A DNA stretch of 64,000 bases from an uncultured Candidatus Rokubacteria bacterium (GTDB lineage Bacteria; Methylomirabilota; Methylomirabilia; Rokubacteriales; DASRDR01). The position numbers were made by a program, and so were the translations under genes. The notes below the pieces were generated by a model, which searched no databases, was not told where the DNA came from, and saw nothing but the letters and a program-made list of their open reading frames with translations. Below are positions 1 through 11,511 of this stretch, one piece after another. Numbering within the stretch: position 1 is the stretch's first letter; each line of letters starts with the position of its first letter. Location of the stretch: NCBI GenBank assembly GCA_963708025.1, contig CAVPSB010000010.1, forward strand, positions 1 to 64,000. Reading direction: 5' to 3'.

Positions 1-14
1 CAGAGGATCGCGCC

Positions 15-386
15 ATGGCGGCGGGCGTGGCCGGCCGCATCGTGCAGGTGACGTACGCGCGCGCGATGCTGGATCGCGTGGCGGATGCGGCCACGGTCCC
101 GAGCACGACGCTACGCGATGAGACCCTGCCGCCCGTCGTCATCGACGCGATCCAGCGGGAACGCCTGGAGGAGCTCGCCGGCGAATGGGGCGAGTCGGAC
201 GCGGGGGAGCCGATCGAGTACGAGCGGCTGCAGGTGGCCTACGAGCGCGGCGCGTTCGAGCTGACGCTCTTCAACCGGGGCATCCTGCTGATCTTCTGCG
301 ACGACGAGCGGATCCGGCGCATGCACCGGGCGCTCTGCATGGTGCACGATGCGGTGGAGCGGCTGGGTGGGAGCGAGTCCGGCTGA
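15..386 (+). CDS. hypothetical protein
   Basis: 123-aa ORF with protein-like composition; no family recognised. Confidence 0.5.
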   Translation: MAAGVAGRIVQVTYARAMLDRVADAATVPSTTLRDETLPPVVIDAIQRERLEELAGEWGESDAGEPIEYERLQVAYERGAFELTLFNRGILLIFCDDERIRRMHRALCMVHDAVERLGGSESG

Positions 387-419
387 GCTGGCGGGCACCT
401 CGATGGCGTCGCGCAGGCC

Positions 420-776
420 GTGACTCCTGCAGGCGGGGCCGGACGACGGCCGCGCTCGTCGCGGGCCCCGGCGCGCCTGCGTCGCCTCATCGAGGAGGCG
501 CTCGTGGACGCTTACGGGGAAGACGAGCAGCACGGGGCCTTCCTGGTCATGTTCGAGGAGCACGTCACGTGTCCATTCACGGCGCTGGTCGTCGGCGAGG
601 AGGTCGAGGTCCGAGGGTTCGACTGGGCCGGCGCACCTCACGAGATCGTCGCGCTGTGCCGGCGCAGGGGTCGCACCCACCGGGTCAACGTCACCGCCCT
701 GCAGTGGGCGGGCAAACGGTCGACCGGCGCGGAGTGGTTCGACGCCTACCGGGCCTGGCTCAAGGGCGCGTGGTAG
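420..776 (+). CDS. hypothetical protein, possibly CcbP-like 'calcium-binding' family
   Basis: LIEEALVDAYGEDEQ...FEEHVTCPFTALVVGEEVEV pattern resembles this family. Confidence 0.5.
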   Translation: MTPAGGAGRRPRSSRAPARLRRLIEEALVDAYGEDEQHGAFLVMFEEHVTCPFTALVVGEEVEVRGFDWAGAPHEIVALCRRRGRTHRVNVTALQWAGKRSTGAEWFDAYRAWLKGAW

Positions 777-789
777 TCGCGGCGAGGGT

Positions 790-1114
790 CTAGCCGACTC
801 GCCGAGCCACCAGTCGGGCGTGCACGCTTGTTGGATCGAAGCGGGACTCGTTCTCCGACCGAACTGAAGCCGCCTGGGTCTGCCGGTCACGAAGATAGGC
901 CGCGACGTCCTCGCGCCGTCGCAGGTAGTACCCAATGACGGAGTAGACGTCCGCGAGCTGGAGGGACGGGTACTGCTGCACGATCTCCTCGGCGGTGGCT
1001 CCCTCTTCGAATGCCGCACCAGGTATCGAGGGTGACGCGAGTTGCGCCAATGCGGGCCACGCCATCGGCATCCAGCACGAGGAGCGCCGGCTCAGGCTCG
1101 ATCGTCAAGGTCAC
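790..1114 (-). CDS. DUF433 domain protein (putative antitoxin), one frameshift near 1020
   Basis: DGVARIGATRVTLDT in one frame joins AFEEGATAEEIVQQYPSLQLADVYSVIGYYL in another. Confidence 0.8.
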
Positions 1115-1341
1115 CGCTCGCCGACGCCGCCGAGTGAAGTGCGAAGGCGGCGCTTCAGTGCCTCACCGTCGATGAGCCTCTTCCAGCTGCCAGCCGTCGT
1201 GCCGAACGGGTCTGTCGCATCCACGCTGAAGGCCGATACGGTGAGGAGCACTTCGTCTCCCTCGTGCAAGCCCACGACAGCCTTCGGTTCGAGCGGTTCG
1301 AACAGCCCCTTCGAGAAGCGAGTCCTGATCGTCCTGAGCAT
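1111..1341 (-). CDS. AF2212/DUF104-like antitoxin family protein
   Basis: MLRTIRTRFSKGLFEPLEP...LHEGDEVLLTV; overlaps the start of the DUF433 gene. Confidence 0.65.
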   Translation of the reverse strand: MLRTIRTRFSKGLFEPLEPKAVVGLHEGDEVLLTVSAFSVDATDPFGTTAGSWKRLIDGEALKRRLRTSLGGVGER

Positions 1342-1818
1342 TGCTGCGCCTCCAACCCCGACGGGTCGAAGTGGTCAGCGGCTTCAGGAGTAGCATTGCG
1401 GCTTCGGTCCATGTCCCGCCTCCGTCCGTCAACATTGGGTCATCAGACGAGCCGACCCGACCGTCAGAGGCGACTGCGGACAGCCTTCTGCTGAAGCTTC
1501 CACTGGCCGACGCCCAATCTGCGCGTTCCGTCTCCCGGAGGGGCCTGAAGGCCGACGAGACGGACGATTAGCAGCGGACCCCTGTACCGAATCAGACCGC
1601 CGACGCTCCAGACCACGCCGACCTCTCACGGCAGCGCGCGCGATCACTGAAGGCGGCCAGCCCGCGGCGAAGTGCAGCGGCACCGCTGCGAAGTGCCGCA
1701 CTCGCATCGACGTTGTCGGAGCCCCGAGCCTGGCGGGCGAGGCCGTGTTTATGAGTTGATCCCAAGAGGGTGAGAATGTTACCCTCTTGAGCACGATCGA
1801 GCAACACGCAGGACGGCC

Positions 1819-2621
1819 ATGACCGAACTTGAGGCGTTCCTCCAGACCCATCCCGTCTTCACCCTTCGGCAGTTCCGGGAACTGGTCGGGCGAACGGGCG
1901 ACGCCGGCGTCGACGCAGGCGAGGATCAAGTATCACCTCGGCCGGGGTCGCCTGAAGCTCGTGGAGAAGGGCGTCTATGCGCGTCGTTCCTCCCGGCGTC
2001 GAGGCCAAGCGCTTCACGCCCGATCGCTTCCTTGTCGCGGCGGCGCTCCGCGAGGACGCCGTGCTCGCCTACCACAGCGCCCTCGAGCTCCTCGGCCACG
2101 CGCACAGCGTCTACCGGGACACGCTGTATCTCACGGCCCGCCGCCGGAAGGACCTGCGGCTCGGGGATGGGCGAGTCCGGGCCGTCCTGCACCCGCCGCC
2201 GCTCCGATCGCGCAAGGAGGAGGGATACGGGGTCGAGACGCGGGAGCGGCTCGGCGTCAAGCTGCGGGTCACGGGGCCCGAGCGCACGCTGGTGGACTGC
2301 CTTGCGACGCCCCGTTACGCCGGCGGCCTCGAGGAGGTCTTCCAGAGCGCCGGCGGGATCCCCGCGCTCGACCTGGAGCGGCTGGCCGGATACCTCGACC
2401 GGCTCGGACAGCGTCGCCTCTACGCCGTCGTGGGCTTCTACCTCGAAGGCGAGGCGTCGCGCCTGTTCGTGCCGGCCGAGTTCCTGGACCGGCTCGCGAA
2501 GGAGCGCCCCCGCTCACGGATCTATCTCGAGCCCCGGCAGCGGGGCGGGCGGCTCCAGGCGCGATGGAATTTGATCGTGCCCGACCGGTGGGCCCGGGAG
2601 CGCCCCGCGGTTGAAGTATAG
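1819..2621 (+). CDS. abiEi: type IV TA antitoxin, AbiEi family (frameshifted near 5' end)
   Basis: HPVFTLRQF / KYHLGRGRLKLVEKGVY / AVLAYHSALELLG / VTGPERTLVDCL pieces across three frames; directly upstream of AbiEii. Confidence 0.8.
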
Positions 2622-3566
2622 CCGCGAGTATCTCGGGGAGCGGGCAGCCGGCACCGGGTTCCGACCTGACACCCTGGAGAAGGTCCTCCGCCTCTTGCGG
2701 CTGCTGGACCAGGTGACCCGGCATCCGTTCCTGGGCTCGCGGCTGCTCCTGAAGGGCGGGACGGCGCTGAACCTGTTCTACGCGGCGGCGCCCCGGCTCT
2801 CGGTGGACCTCGACTTCAACTACGTCGGAGCGGTGGACCGCGCCCAGATGCTCCAAGAGCGCCCAGAGGTCGAGCGAGCGGTCAACCAGCTGGTCATGGG
2901 CGAGGGCTACCGGGTCCAGTGGGGGCGCGACGAGCATGCCGGGCGGAAACTCTACCTGACCTATGCCAGCGGGCTCGGATCCCCGGACCGGATCGAGGTC
3001 GACCTCAACTACCTCTTCCGCGTACCCCTCGTCGAGCCCGAAACGTCTACCGGCGTGGACGCCTGATCCGGACTTCCCCTGCGAGGCGCGGATCGTCAGC
3101 CGTGAAGAGGTCATGGCCGGAAAGCTCCTGGCCTTCCTCGACCGAGTCGCCGCACGGGACCTGTACGACGTCGCGGCGTTCGCCGTCGCGCCCGCCGGCA
3201 TACGACCTGTCCGTGCTCCGACGCCTCGTCGTCGCCTTGAGCGGGGTCCTGCCGAGGGCGCTGTCGGCCTACGATGCCCGACACCTCGATCGATTCACGC
3301 AGCGGAGCATGGACGAGGACCTGGCGCCGATGCTCCGCTCGGGCGAGACCCCGAGCGTCGAGGCGCTGAGGGCGCGGGCGGAAGTCCTGCTCGGCCAGGT
3401 CCTCGGGTTGTCGGCGTCCGAAGCCGAGTATGTTGACCGCATCCAGTGGGGGGAGTTCGTGCCGGAGCTGGTCGCGGCGGATCAGCCGGAGCTTCTGGCT
3501 CGACTGCGCACCCATCCGGCGCTGCTCTGGAAGGTCGAGAATGCCCGGAGGCGGCCACGGCCGTGA
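2611..3566 (+). CDS. abiEii: AbiEii/AbiGii nucleotidyltransferase toxin (frameshifted)
   Basis: LLLKGGTALNLFY...RLSVDLDF and GKLLAFLDRVAARDLYD motifs. Confidence 0.85.
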
Positions 3567-3695
3567 TCGCGGCGGAGCGGCCCCACCGGCTCCTTCCCGT
3601 CATGGGCCCTCTGGCCGTCGAATCTGCAGAAGCGTGATCCGTCGGCAGTGCGAGCACGTAGCCCGGTGGGAGATGACGAACGAGGAGGGGACGGG

Positions 3696-3934
3696 ATGTA
3701 CGCGCGCATCGTGAGCGACCCTGCCGTGCTCGGGGGGAAGCCCGTCGTCAAGGGGACGCGAATCAGCGTCGAGTTCCTCCTGGAGCTGTTCGCATCCGGG
3801 GCGACGCGCGCGACGTCTTGAACAGCTACCCGCATCTCACGGCTGCGGACGTGGAGGAAGCCCTCCGATATGCGGCAGACGTGCTGAAGCACGATCGGGT
3901 GATTCCGCTCGCCCAGCGGCGGGCGTCGGGCTGA
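3696..3934 (+). CDS. DUF433 domain protein (one frameshift near 3810), not in ORF track
   Basis: Manual translation MYARIVSDPAVLGGKPVVKGTRISVEFLLELFASGAT../DVLNSYPHLTAADVEEALRYAA; GAGGAG upstream. Confidence 0.8.
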
Positions 3935-3999
3935 CGGGCCCGCGGTGGCTCACGGACGAGCTACGATCAGCTGGATCAGGCGCGGAAACCGCCGTCGCG

Positions 4000-4176
4000 G
4001 TGGCAAGCAGGAGTGGCAAGCGCGCCGTAAGTCCTGGCAGGAGCAGGCGTCGCCACCGCCCTCTCAAGGCTGAAACACGGGTTCGAATCCCGTTGGAGCC
4101 ACCACCGCTCCCGACGCGGGTTTCCGCCATTTTGGGGCCTCTCGGCTCCGAGGCCGTTGCCACGGGCCGTTGCCAC
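4000..4176. repeat. integrase arm-type repeats flanking the tRNA-Glu core
   Basis: GTGGCAAGC x2 (4000, 4013) and GGCCGTTGCCAC x2 (4152, 4165); both pairs have a 13-bp period and are inverted relative to each other. Confidence 0.7.
4058..4104 (+). tRNA. 3' half of tRNA-Glu(CTC), att-site duplication, not a full tRNA
   Basis: GCC-CTCTCAA-GGCTG AAAC ACGGG-TTCGAAT-CCCGT TGGAGCC-ACCA; no D-arm or 5' acceptor strand upstream. Confidence 0.85.
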
Positions 4177-4400
4177 TCCGAGGCTCTTCGGAGGACCTGG
4201 AGGGCGTTGGAACCCGCCCGGCCGAGCTGGGACCATGACGGTCGGCCTTGTGGGAGCGGGGATGCGCCTACGGCGCCTCGGGGATCTGACCTGAAGACAG
4301 CCGTCAGGCCGTTGTGAACGGACGTGGAAGACGGAACGGCCTGAGGGAGGGCTGAGCGGGTTCAGCTCTCTTCTTCGTCTGGGAGTGGAGGTAATGCGGG

Positions 4401-4577
4401 ATGGCGACACTTCAGCAGCAGATAGCCGAAAAGTTTCTGGCCAAGCTCGCGGAATCGAAGGAGGTCGACGCCGACAAGATCGAGCAGCTCAAGCAGCTGC
4501 TGGCGGACAGCAAGAAGCTGAAGGCCGATGACTTCGTGAAGGTCTTCTCGCTTCCGGCCGGCGGCGACATCAAATGA
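4401..4577 (+). CDS. 58-aa helical small protein translationally coupled to the ATPase, not in ORF track
   Basis: MATLQQQIAEKFLAKLAESKEVDADKIEQLKQLL...; GGAGG upstream; ATGA overlap at 4574-4577. Confidence 0.75.
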   Translation: MATLQQQIAEKFLAKLAESKEVDADKIEQLKQLLADSKKLKADDFVKVFSLPAGGDIK

Positions 4578-7042
4578 TCAAGCTCGAATCCGCCCATATC
4601 GAGGAAGTCAGGGGCATCCGGAAGCTCGATATCGATTTTCAGAAAGGGACGTTCGCGATCTCCGGTCCGAATGGCTCCGGCAAGAGCGGGGTGATCGACG
4701 CGATCGAATTCGGCCTGACCGGGCAGATCGGCCGGCTGACCGGGCGAGGGACCAAGGGCCTGTCCGTGGCGGAACACGGCCCGCATGTCGACAAGACGAA
4801 GTTTCCCGACGCCGCCTTTGTCGAGCTGCGGGTCTTCATTCCCGCGCTCGGGAAATCGGCCACGATCACGCGGAAGGTGTCCGACCCGAAGAAGCCCAAG
4901 ATCGTGCCGGCGGACGCTGACGTGAAGGCCGCGCCTGGCCGAGATCGCCGACCATCCCGGAGATCACGCTGTCGCGCCGCGAGATCCTGCGCTTCATCCT
5001 GTCGAGCCGACCAAGCGCTCCGAGGAAATCCAGACGCATCCTCAAGCTCGACGAGATCGGGCAGACGCGCGCCGCCCTCAACACCGCCCAGAACAAGCTG
5101 CAGACGGCGCAGAAGACGGCCGCGGCGCAGGTGCAGACCAGCCGCGATGCCCTGCTGCTGCATCTCCAGATTTCGACGCTGACGGCGGAGGATCTGCTGG
5201 AGGCCGTCAACAAGCGGCGGAAGCTGCTCGGTCTTCCCGAGATCGCGGAGCTGACGGCCGACACGAAGCTCGATGTCGGGCTGTCGGCGGCGGCCGACCG
5301 GGCCGGACTTCAACAAGCAATCGGCGCTCCGCGATCTCAACGCTCTTTCCGAGGCGGCGAAGGGTTTCCCGGATCTGGCGAAGGCTGAGGTCGCCGCCAT
5401 CGTCGCCGATCTCGCGAAACTGGAGGACTGATCCCGCCCTGCTGGCCGCCCTGCAGCGCCGCGCGTTCATCGAGAAGGGGCTGGATCTTGTCGACGGCCC
5501 GGAGTGCCCGCTCTGCGACACGCCGTGGGAGGACGAGCAGCATCTCCGCGACCACCTGAAGGCGAAGCTCGCGAAATCCGCCGAGGCGCAGAAGATCCAG
5601 GAGTCGCTGCTGAAGAAGGGCACGGCGGTCGCGCAGGCGGCGATCAAGGTGGCGGGGCTGCTGGCGCCGACGCTCAGAAGATCGCCGAAGGGCAGGGCGA
5701 GGCCGGCATTCGCCAAGCTGCTGACCACCTGGAAGGCCGACCTTGACGGGCTGAAAACGAGCTCTGACAACGCTGGACGGCGCTGACCGGGCTGAAGGAT
5801 CGGCTGACGGCCGGCTGGCTGGCGACACCGAAGACATTTCGCGAAGGAGCTGGCCGGCGCTGACCGAAAAGGTGATGGCCAAGCCGGACCAGACGGCAGC
5901 CCTCGATGCGCAGACATTCCTGACGACCGCGCAGGTCCGCCTCGGCGACTACCGGGAGGCGATGCGCAAGAACAAGGCGGCCGAGATCGCCTTGCAATGC
6001 GGCCAAGGCCGCCTACGAAACCTACTGCGCGGTGCTGGAGGAGGAGCTGAACACGCTCTATGACGAGGTGCAGAAGGACTTCAGCACGTTCTACCGGGCG
6101 ATCAACGAGGACGACGAGTCCAAGTTCACCGCGAAGCTGACGCCGAGCGAAGGCAAGCTCGATCTCGAGGTCAACTTCTACGAGCGCGGGCTGTTCCCGC
6201 CGGCCGCGTATCACAGCGAAGGCCATCAGGACGGCATGGGCGTCTGCCTCTATCTCGCGCTCATGAAGCGGCTGTTCGGCGACCGGTTCACGTTCGCGCT
6301 GCTGGACGACGTCGTGATGTCCGTCGACTCCGGGCACCGCTACCAGTTCTGCAAGCTGCTGAAGACGCAGTTTCCCGACACGCAGTTCATCATCACGACG
6401 CATGACCGGCTGTGGGCCGAGCAGATGAAATCGGCCGGCCTTGTCACGGGCAAGACATCCATCGCCTTCCATAGCTGGACGATCGACACCGGGCCGCTCG
6501 TCGAGTCGAACCAGGAAATCTGGGACGAGATCGCCGCGGCGCTCGCGAAGGGCAAGGTCGAGGTGGCCGCGGCGGCGCTGCGCCATCATCTTGAGTACGT
6601 CGTCCCGGCACCTCGCCGACCAGCTCGGCGCGGCGATCCCGTTCCGCGCCGACGGCAACTACGAGCTCGGCGAGCTGCTGCCGGCGTTCTGAGCCGCATG
6701 AAGGATCTGTACGGCAAGGCTGCCGATGCAGCCCAGTCCTGGGGGAACAAGGCCGACAGGGATGCCGTCGCGAAGCGGAAGACCGCACTGGCCACGTCGA
6801 ACGCCGCCACGAACGTCGAGCAGTGGGCCGTCAACAAGGCTGTTCACTACAACGAGTGGGCCAATTTCGGGAAGAAGGATTTCGAGCCGGTCGTCGCCGC
6901 GTTCAAGGATCTTCTCGCATGCTTCCGCTGCGACACGTGCGACTCCTGGCTCTACGTCACGCCGCGCGCGAATCCCGAGTCACTGCGCTGCGCCTGCAAC
7001 GCGATCAGCCTCAACCTGAAGCCAAAGCCCAAGCCAAAATAG
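4574..7042 (+). CDS. SMC/Rad50-like ABC ATPase with zinc hook and C-terminal HEPN-like plus Cys-rich region (multiple frameshifts)
   Basis: Walker A GPNGSGKS, coiled coil with CPLC (5505-5516), signature HSEGHQ, Walker B LLDDVVMSVD, H-loop IITTHD, C-terminal CDTC...CAC. Confidence 0.85.
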
Positions 7043-7219
7043 GTTTCCACCCGCCCGTTATCAAGACCCGGCCACTCCGCCTCTCAAGGTCACCGCCAAC
7101 GACTTTGATGTGAGCGGCCCATCTCGGGGGGGCTGGCCGGGGGATGGCGCCGAACCGCACACGGCTGGTGTTCCACTTCAAGCCCTGATCGTTACCCGCC
7201 TACGGGCCTTACGATCGCG

Positions 7220-7492
7220 ATGGACATCGAGCGAGCGATGGGCCACCTCGTTGCCGGGTTCTCGTTCTGGTCATTTGGGTGGATCATGACGATCGACGAG
7301 GTCACGGTGGACGGGGCGACGAACGTCTCGCACTGGACCCGCCTGGGTTACCATGACAAGGCGTCCGCCACGGTCGAAATCCCGTGCCAATGGGCGATCA
7401 GTGTCTATCCCGCCGACTTCCGGGGGCCGGAGGAGTTTTCCCGACGAAGCGTGCACCGCGAGACCTATTGGCTGAAGTCTTGTAGCCTCTAG
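7220..7492 (+). CDS. hypothetical protein
   Basis: 90-aa ORF, aromatic-rich, no family recognised. Confidence 0.35.
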   Translation: MDIERAMGHLVAGFSFWSFGWIMTIDEVTVDGATNVSHWTRLGYHDKASATVEIPCQWAISVYPADFRGPEEFSRRSVHRETYWLKSCSL

Positions 7493-9857
7493 GAGCTCGC
7501 TCCGCCTTTTGTCTGTCGCCGCCGAGCCATTTGCTGGGACCACCCCGGTTTGTTGCTAGAATGCAGTTTCTGGAGTATTAGAAAGAGTCGCAAGCCGAGG
7601 GGAGGGGTGTGATCACCGAAGCCGACACCTGCCGCAAGTACGTCCTGCCCGAAGCTCTACGCGGCCGGCTGGGACGGACGACCAGATCAGCGAGCAGAAG
7701 ACGCTTCACCGACGGCCGGATCGTCGTCGCCGGCGACAAGGTCCGCCGCCGGCCCCAGAAGCGGGCCGACTACCTCCTGCGCTACACGCCGCGACTTCCC
7801 CATCGCCGTCGTCGAGGCCAAGGCCGAGCTACAAGACCCCCGGCGACGGCCTGCAGCAGGCCAAGGACTACGCCGAGATCCTCGGCCTGAAGTTCGCCTA
7901 CGCCACCAACGGCCACGGCATCGTCGAGTTCGACTACCTCACCGGCCAGGAACGCGAGCTCGACGACCTTCCCCACGCCCGCCGAACTCTGGGCAGCGCC
8001 TGACAGGCCGGCCGAGCAGCATCGCCGCCGAAGCCGCCGAGCGGCTGCTCGACGCCCTGCTACCACCTCACCGGCAAGATCGCCCCGCTACTACCAGGAG
8101 ATCGCCATCAACCGCGCCGTGCAGGCCATCCTCCAGGGCAAGCGCCGCGTCCTGCTCACCATGGCCACCGGCACCGGCAAGACCGTCGTCGCCTTCCAGA
8201 TCTGCTGGAAGCTCTGGAACGCGCCGCTGGAACCGCACCGGCGAACACCGCCGGCCCCGCATCCTCTACCTGGCCGACCGCAACATCCTGGTCGACGACC
8301 CCAAGGACAAGATCTTCGCCGCCCTTCGGCGACGCCCGCTGGAAGATCGAGAACGGCGAGGTCAGTCAAGAGCCGCGAGATGTACTTCGCCATCTACCAG
8401 GCCATCGCCAAGGACGAGCGCCGGCCCGGCCTCTACCGGGAGTACCCGCCGCGACTTCTTCGACCTGATCATCGTGGACGAGTGCCACCGCGGCAGCGCC
8501 CGCGACGAGAGCAACTGGCGCGAGATCCTGGAGTACTTCGAGCCGGCCTACCAGCTCGGCATGACCGCCACGCCGCTGCGCGACGACAACCGCGACACCT
8601 ACCGCTACTTCGGCAACCCGCTCTACACCTACAGCCTGCGGCAGGGCATCGACGACGGCTTCCTCGCCCCCTACCGCGTCCACCGCGTCGTCACCGACGT
8701 GGGACGCCGCCGGCTGGCGGCCGAGCCAAGGGCGAGCTCGACCGCTACGGCCGCGAGATCCCCGACGAGGAGTACGAGCACCAAGGACTTCGAGCGGGTC
8801 GTCGCCCTGCAAGGCCCGCACCGAGGCCATCGCCCGGCACCTGACCGACTTCCTCAAGAAGACCGACCGCTTCGCCAAGACCATCGTCTTCTGCGTGGAC
8901 CAGGAACACGCCGACGAGATGCGCACGGCGCTCGAACAACCTGAACGCCGACCTCGTGCAGCAGCACCCCGACTACGTCTGCCGCGTCGTCGTCCGACGA
9001 AGGCGACATCGGCCGCGGCCACCTCGAGCCGCTTCCAGGACGTGGAGACGCGCGACGCCCGTCATCCTGACCACCTCGCAGCTGCTCACCACCGGCGTGG
9101 ACGCGCCGACCTGCAAGAACATCGTCCTCGCCCGCGTCGATCAACTCCATGACCGAGTTCAAGCAGATCATCGGCCGCGGCACCCGCGTCCGCGACGACT
9201 ACGGCAAGCTCTTCTTCAACATCCTCGACTACACCGGCAGCGCCACGCGGCTGTTCGCCGACCCCGACTTCGACGGCGACCCCGCGCTCGTCACCGAAGA
9301 GGAGATCGACGAGACAGGGCGAGACGATCCGGCGAGCCGAGAGATCGTCGAGCCGGAGGAGCCGACCGACGATGGCCGAGAGCCGAGCCCGAGACCGTCG
9401 CGACGAGCGACCGGACGAGCCGCCGCGCAAGTTCTACTTCGACGGCGGCCAGGTCGAGATCGCCGCCCACCTGGTCTACGAGCTGGACCCCGACGGCAAG
9501 CAGCTCCGCGTCGTCAAGTTCACCGACTACACGGCCGAGAAGGTCCGCACGCCTGTACCTCAGCGCGCCGACCTGCGCGGCCGGTGGGCCGACGCCGAGC
9601 AGCGCGGCCGACGATCATCGCAGCGCTGGCCGAGCGGGGCATCGACTTCGACGAGCTGGCCGAGGCGACCAACCAGCCCGACGCCGACCCGTTCGACCTG
9701 CTCTGCCACGTCGCCTTCAACGCCCCGCTGCGCACCCGCCGCGAGCGCGCCGAGCGGCTGCGCAAGGAGCAGAAGGACTTCTTCGAGCAGTACGGCCCCG
9801 AGGCGCGCGAGATCCTGCGGAACGTGTCAACGACTTTGAGACACGGACGGCTCGCAT

Positions 9858-11050
9858 TTAGTGTCGCGCCTCGGGGGTAGTGAGGGGAGCGAGGGCCGCG
9901 GAAGCGGGTTCCTGGGGGATATCGAGATAGCGCCCCCCCTCGTCAGGATCGATCCTGGAGGCTCCTCGTGGCTCGGCGAGAGTGGCCGAGGGCGGCGAAG
10001 GGAGAGCGGAGCCGTTGTCGGCCGGCTTGGGCGGGTTGATCCAGACGGCGGGCGGCAGCATCGGCGCCTGGGGCGGCCGGCGGACGAACCGCTCGGGATG
10101 CACGACGTAGGCGGCGGCCAGGACCTCGGCGCGGCGCGCGCGGACGGCCTCGGCCTGGCCGTAGTGGACCATCGCTGGCGTGAGCAGGCCGATGCCGCCA
10201 TGCCGGTGCTCGTTGTTGTACCAGGTGAAGAACGGGTGGCAGAAGGCCCGGGCCGCCTCGAAGGTGCCGAAGCGCTCGGGGAAGTCGGGCCGATACTTGA
10301 GGGTCTTGAACTGGGCCTCGGAGAACGGGTTGTCGTTGGAGACGTGGGGGCGGCTGTGGGTGCGCGTGACCCCGAGATCGGCCAGGAGCCAGGCCACGGG
10401 CTTGGAGGTCATCGAGGAGCCGCGGTCGGCGTGGATCGTGAGCTGGCCCGGCACGATCTCCTGCTTCTCGCACGTCTCGGCGATCAGCCGCTCGGCCAGG
10501 GCGGCGCTCTCCTGATGGGCGACCATCCAGCCGACCACGTAGCGGCTGAAGATGTCGAGGATCACGTAGAGGTAGAAGTAGGTCCACTTCACCGGGCCGA
10601 GCAGCTTGGTGATGTCCCAGGACCAGACCTCGTTGGGGCGGGTGGCCAGCAGCTCGGGGATGGGGGCCACATGCCGCAGCTGGTTACGCCGCTCGCGCGC
10701 CCCTCGGCGGCGCTGGCGAGCACGCGGTACATCGTCCGCAGCGAGCAGAGGTAGTGCCCCTCGTCCAGCAGGGTGGCGTAGACCTCGGCCGGGGCGAGGT
10801 CCACGAAGCGCGGAGCGTGCAGCGCCTCGAGGACGCCGTGGCGCTCGGGGACCGTGAGGGCCCGCGGCGGGCGGGGCCGGGGCGCGGACGCTGGAGGCGG
10901 CTGGCGCCGCCGATACACCGTGGCCCGGCTCACCTCGAGCGCCCGACAGGCGGCCTGCGTGCCCACCGCCGGCGCCAGCTCGGCCACGGCGCTCACGAGC
11001 TCCTGGCGGTGTCGCCCGGGGTCAGGGGGATCCCCAAGGCCTCGGAGAGT
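9858..11050 (-). CDS. IS3-family transposase OrfB (DDE integrase core)
   Basis: WSWDITKL, ILDIFSRYVVGW, IHADRGS, NDNPFSEAQFKTLK; one extra frameshift near 10700. Confidence 0.9.
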
Positions 11051-11511
11051 TTTTTTTGGACGGCGATGATCGTCTCCGCCTGCTGCAGCCGCTGGGTCAG
11101 CCGGGCGTTGTCGCGCTCTAGCTCCGCCACCCGGCGCGCCAGCGGGGAGGGCGGGACCGCGGGGCGGCCGCGCTTCTTGGGACTCAGGGCGGCCAGGCTG
11201 CCCTGCTCCCGCTGCCGCCGCCACGTCGTCAAGTGCGAGGAGTACAACCCCTCACGCCGCAGCAGCGCGCCCAGGTCGCCCGGGCTAGTACAGGCGTCGG
11301 CGTGGCGCAGGACCTGCAGCTTGTACTCGGCGGTGAACCGCCGCCGGGCCGCCCGCTCGGCCACCTCGGGGTCAGCCGGCTCCGCCGGCGGCACCACCCG
11401 CAGCGGCGCCGCGCTGCTGCTCACGCTCGTCGACCTCGGGACATCAGGCACGGCCTCCTTGCGGACAGCATGGGCCCGCCGCGGCTGCTTCGCCTTCTTC
11501 GGGGTCGCCAT
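10993..11511 (-). CDS. IS3-family transposase OrfA
   Basis: RRRFTAEYKLQVL...LLRREGLYSSHLTTWRRQ HTH; A8C slippery run near 11050. Confidence 0.9.
   Translation of the reverse strand: MATPKKAKQPRRAHAVRKEAVPDVPRSTSVSSSAAPLRVVPPAEPADPEVAERAARRRFTAEYKLQVLRHADACTSPGDLGALLRREGLYSSHLTTWRRQREQGSLAALSPKKRGRPAVPPSPLARRVAELERDNARLTQRLQQAETIIAVQKKLSEALGIPLTPGDTARSS

Noticed and set aside
4058-7042. Functional link between the tRNA-Glu fragment and the RloC-like protein
   Set aside because: The fragment is adequately explained as an att duplication; nothing supports a decoy role
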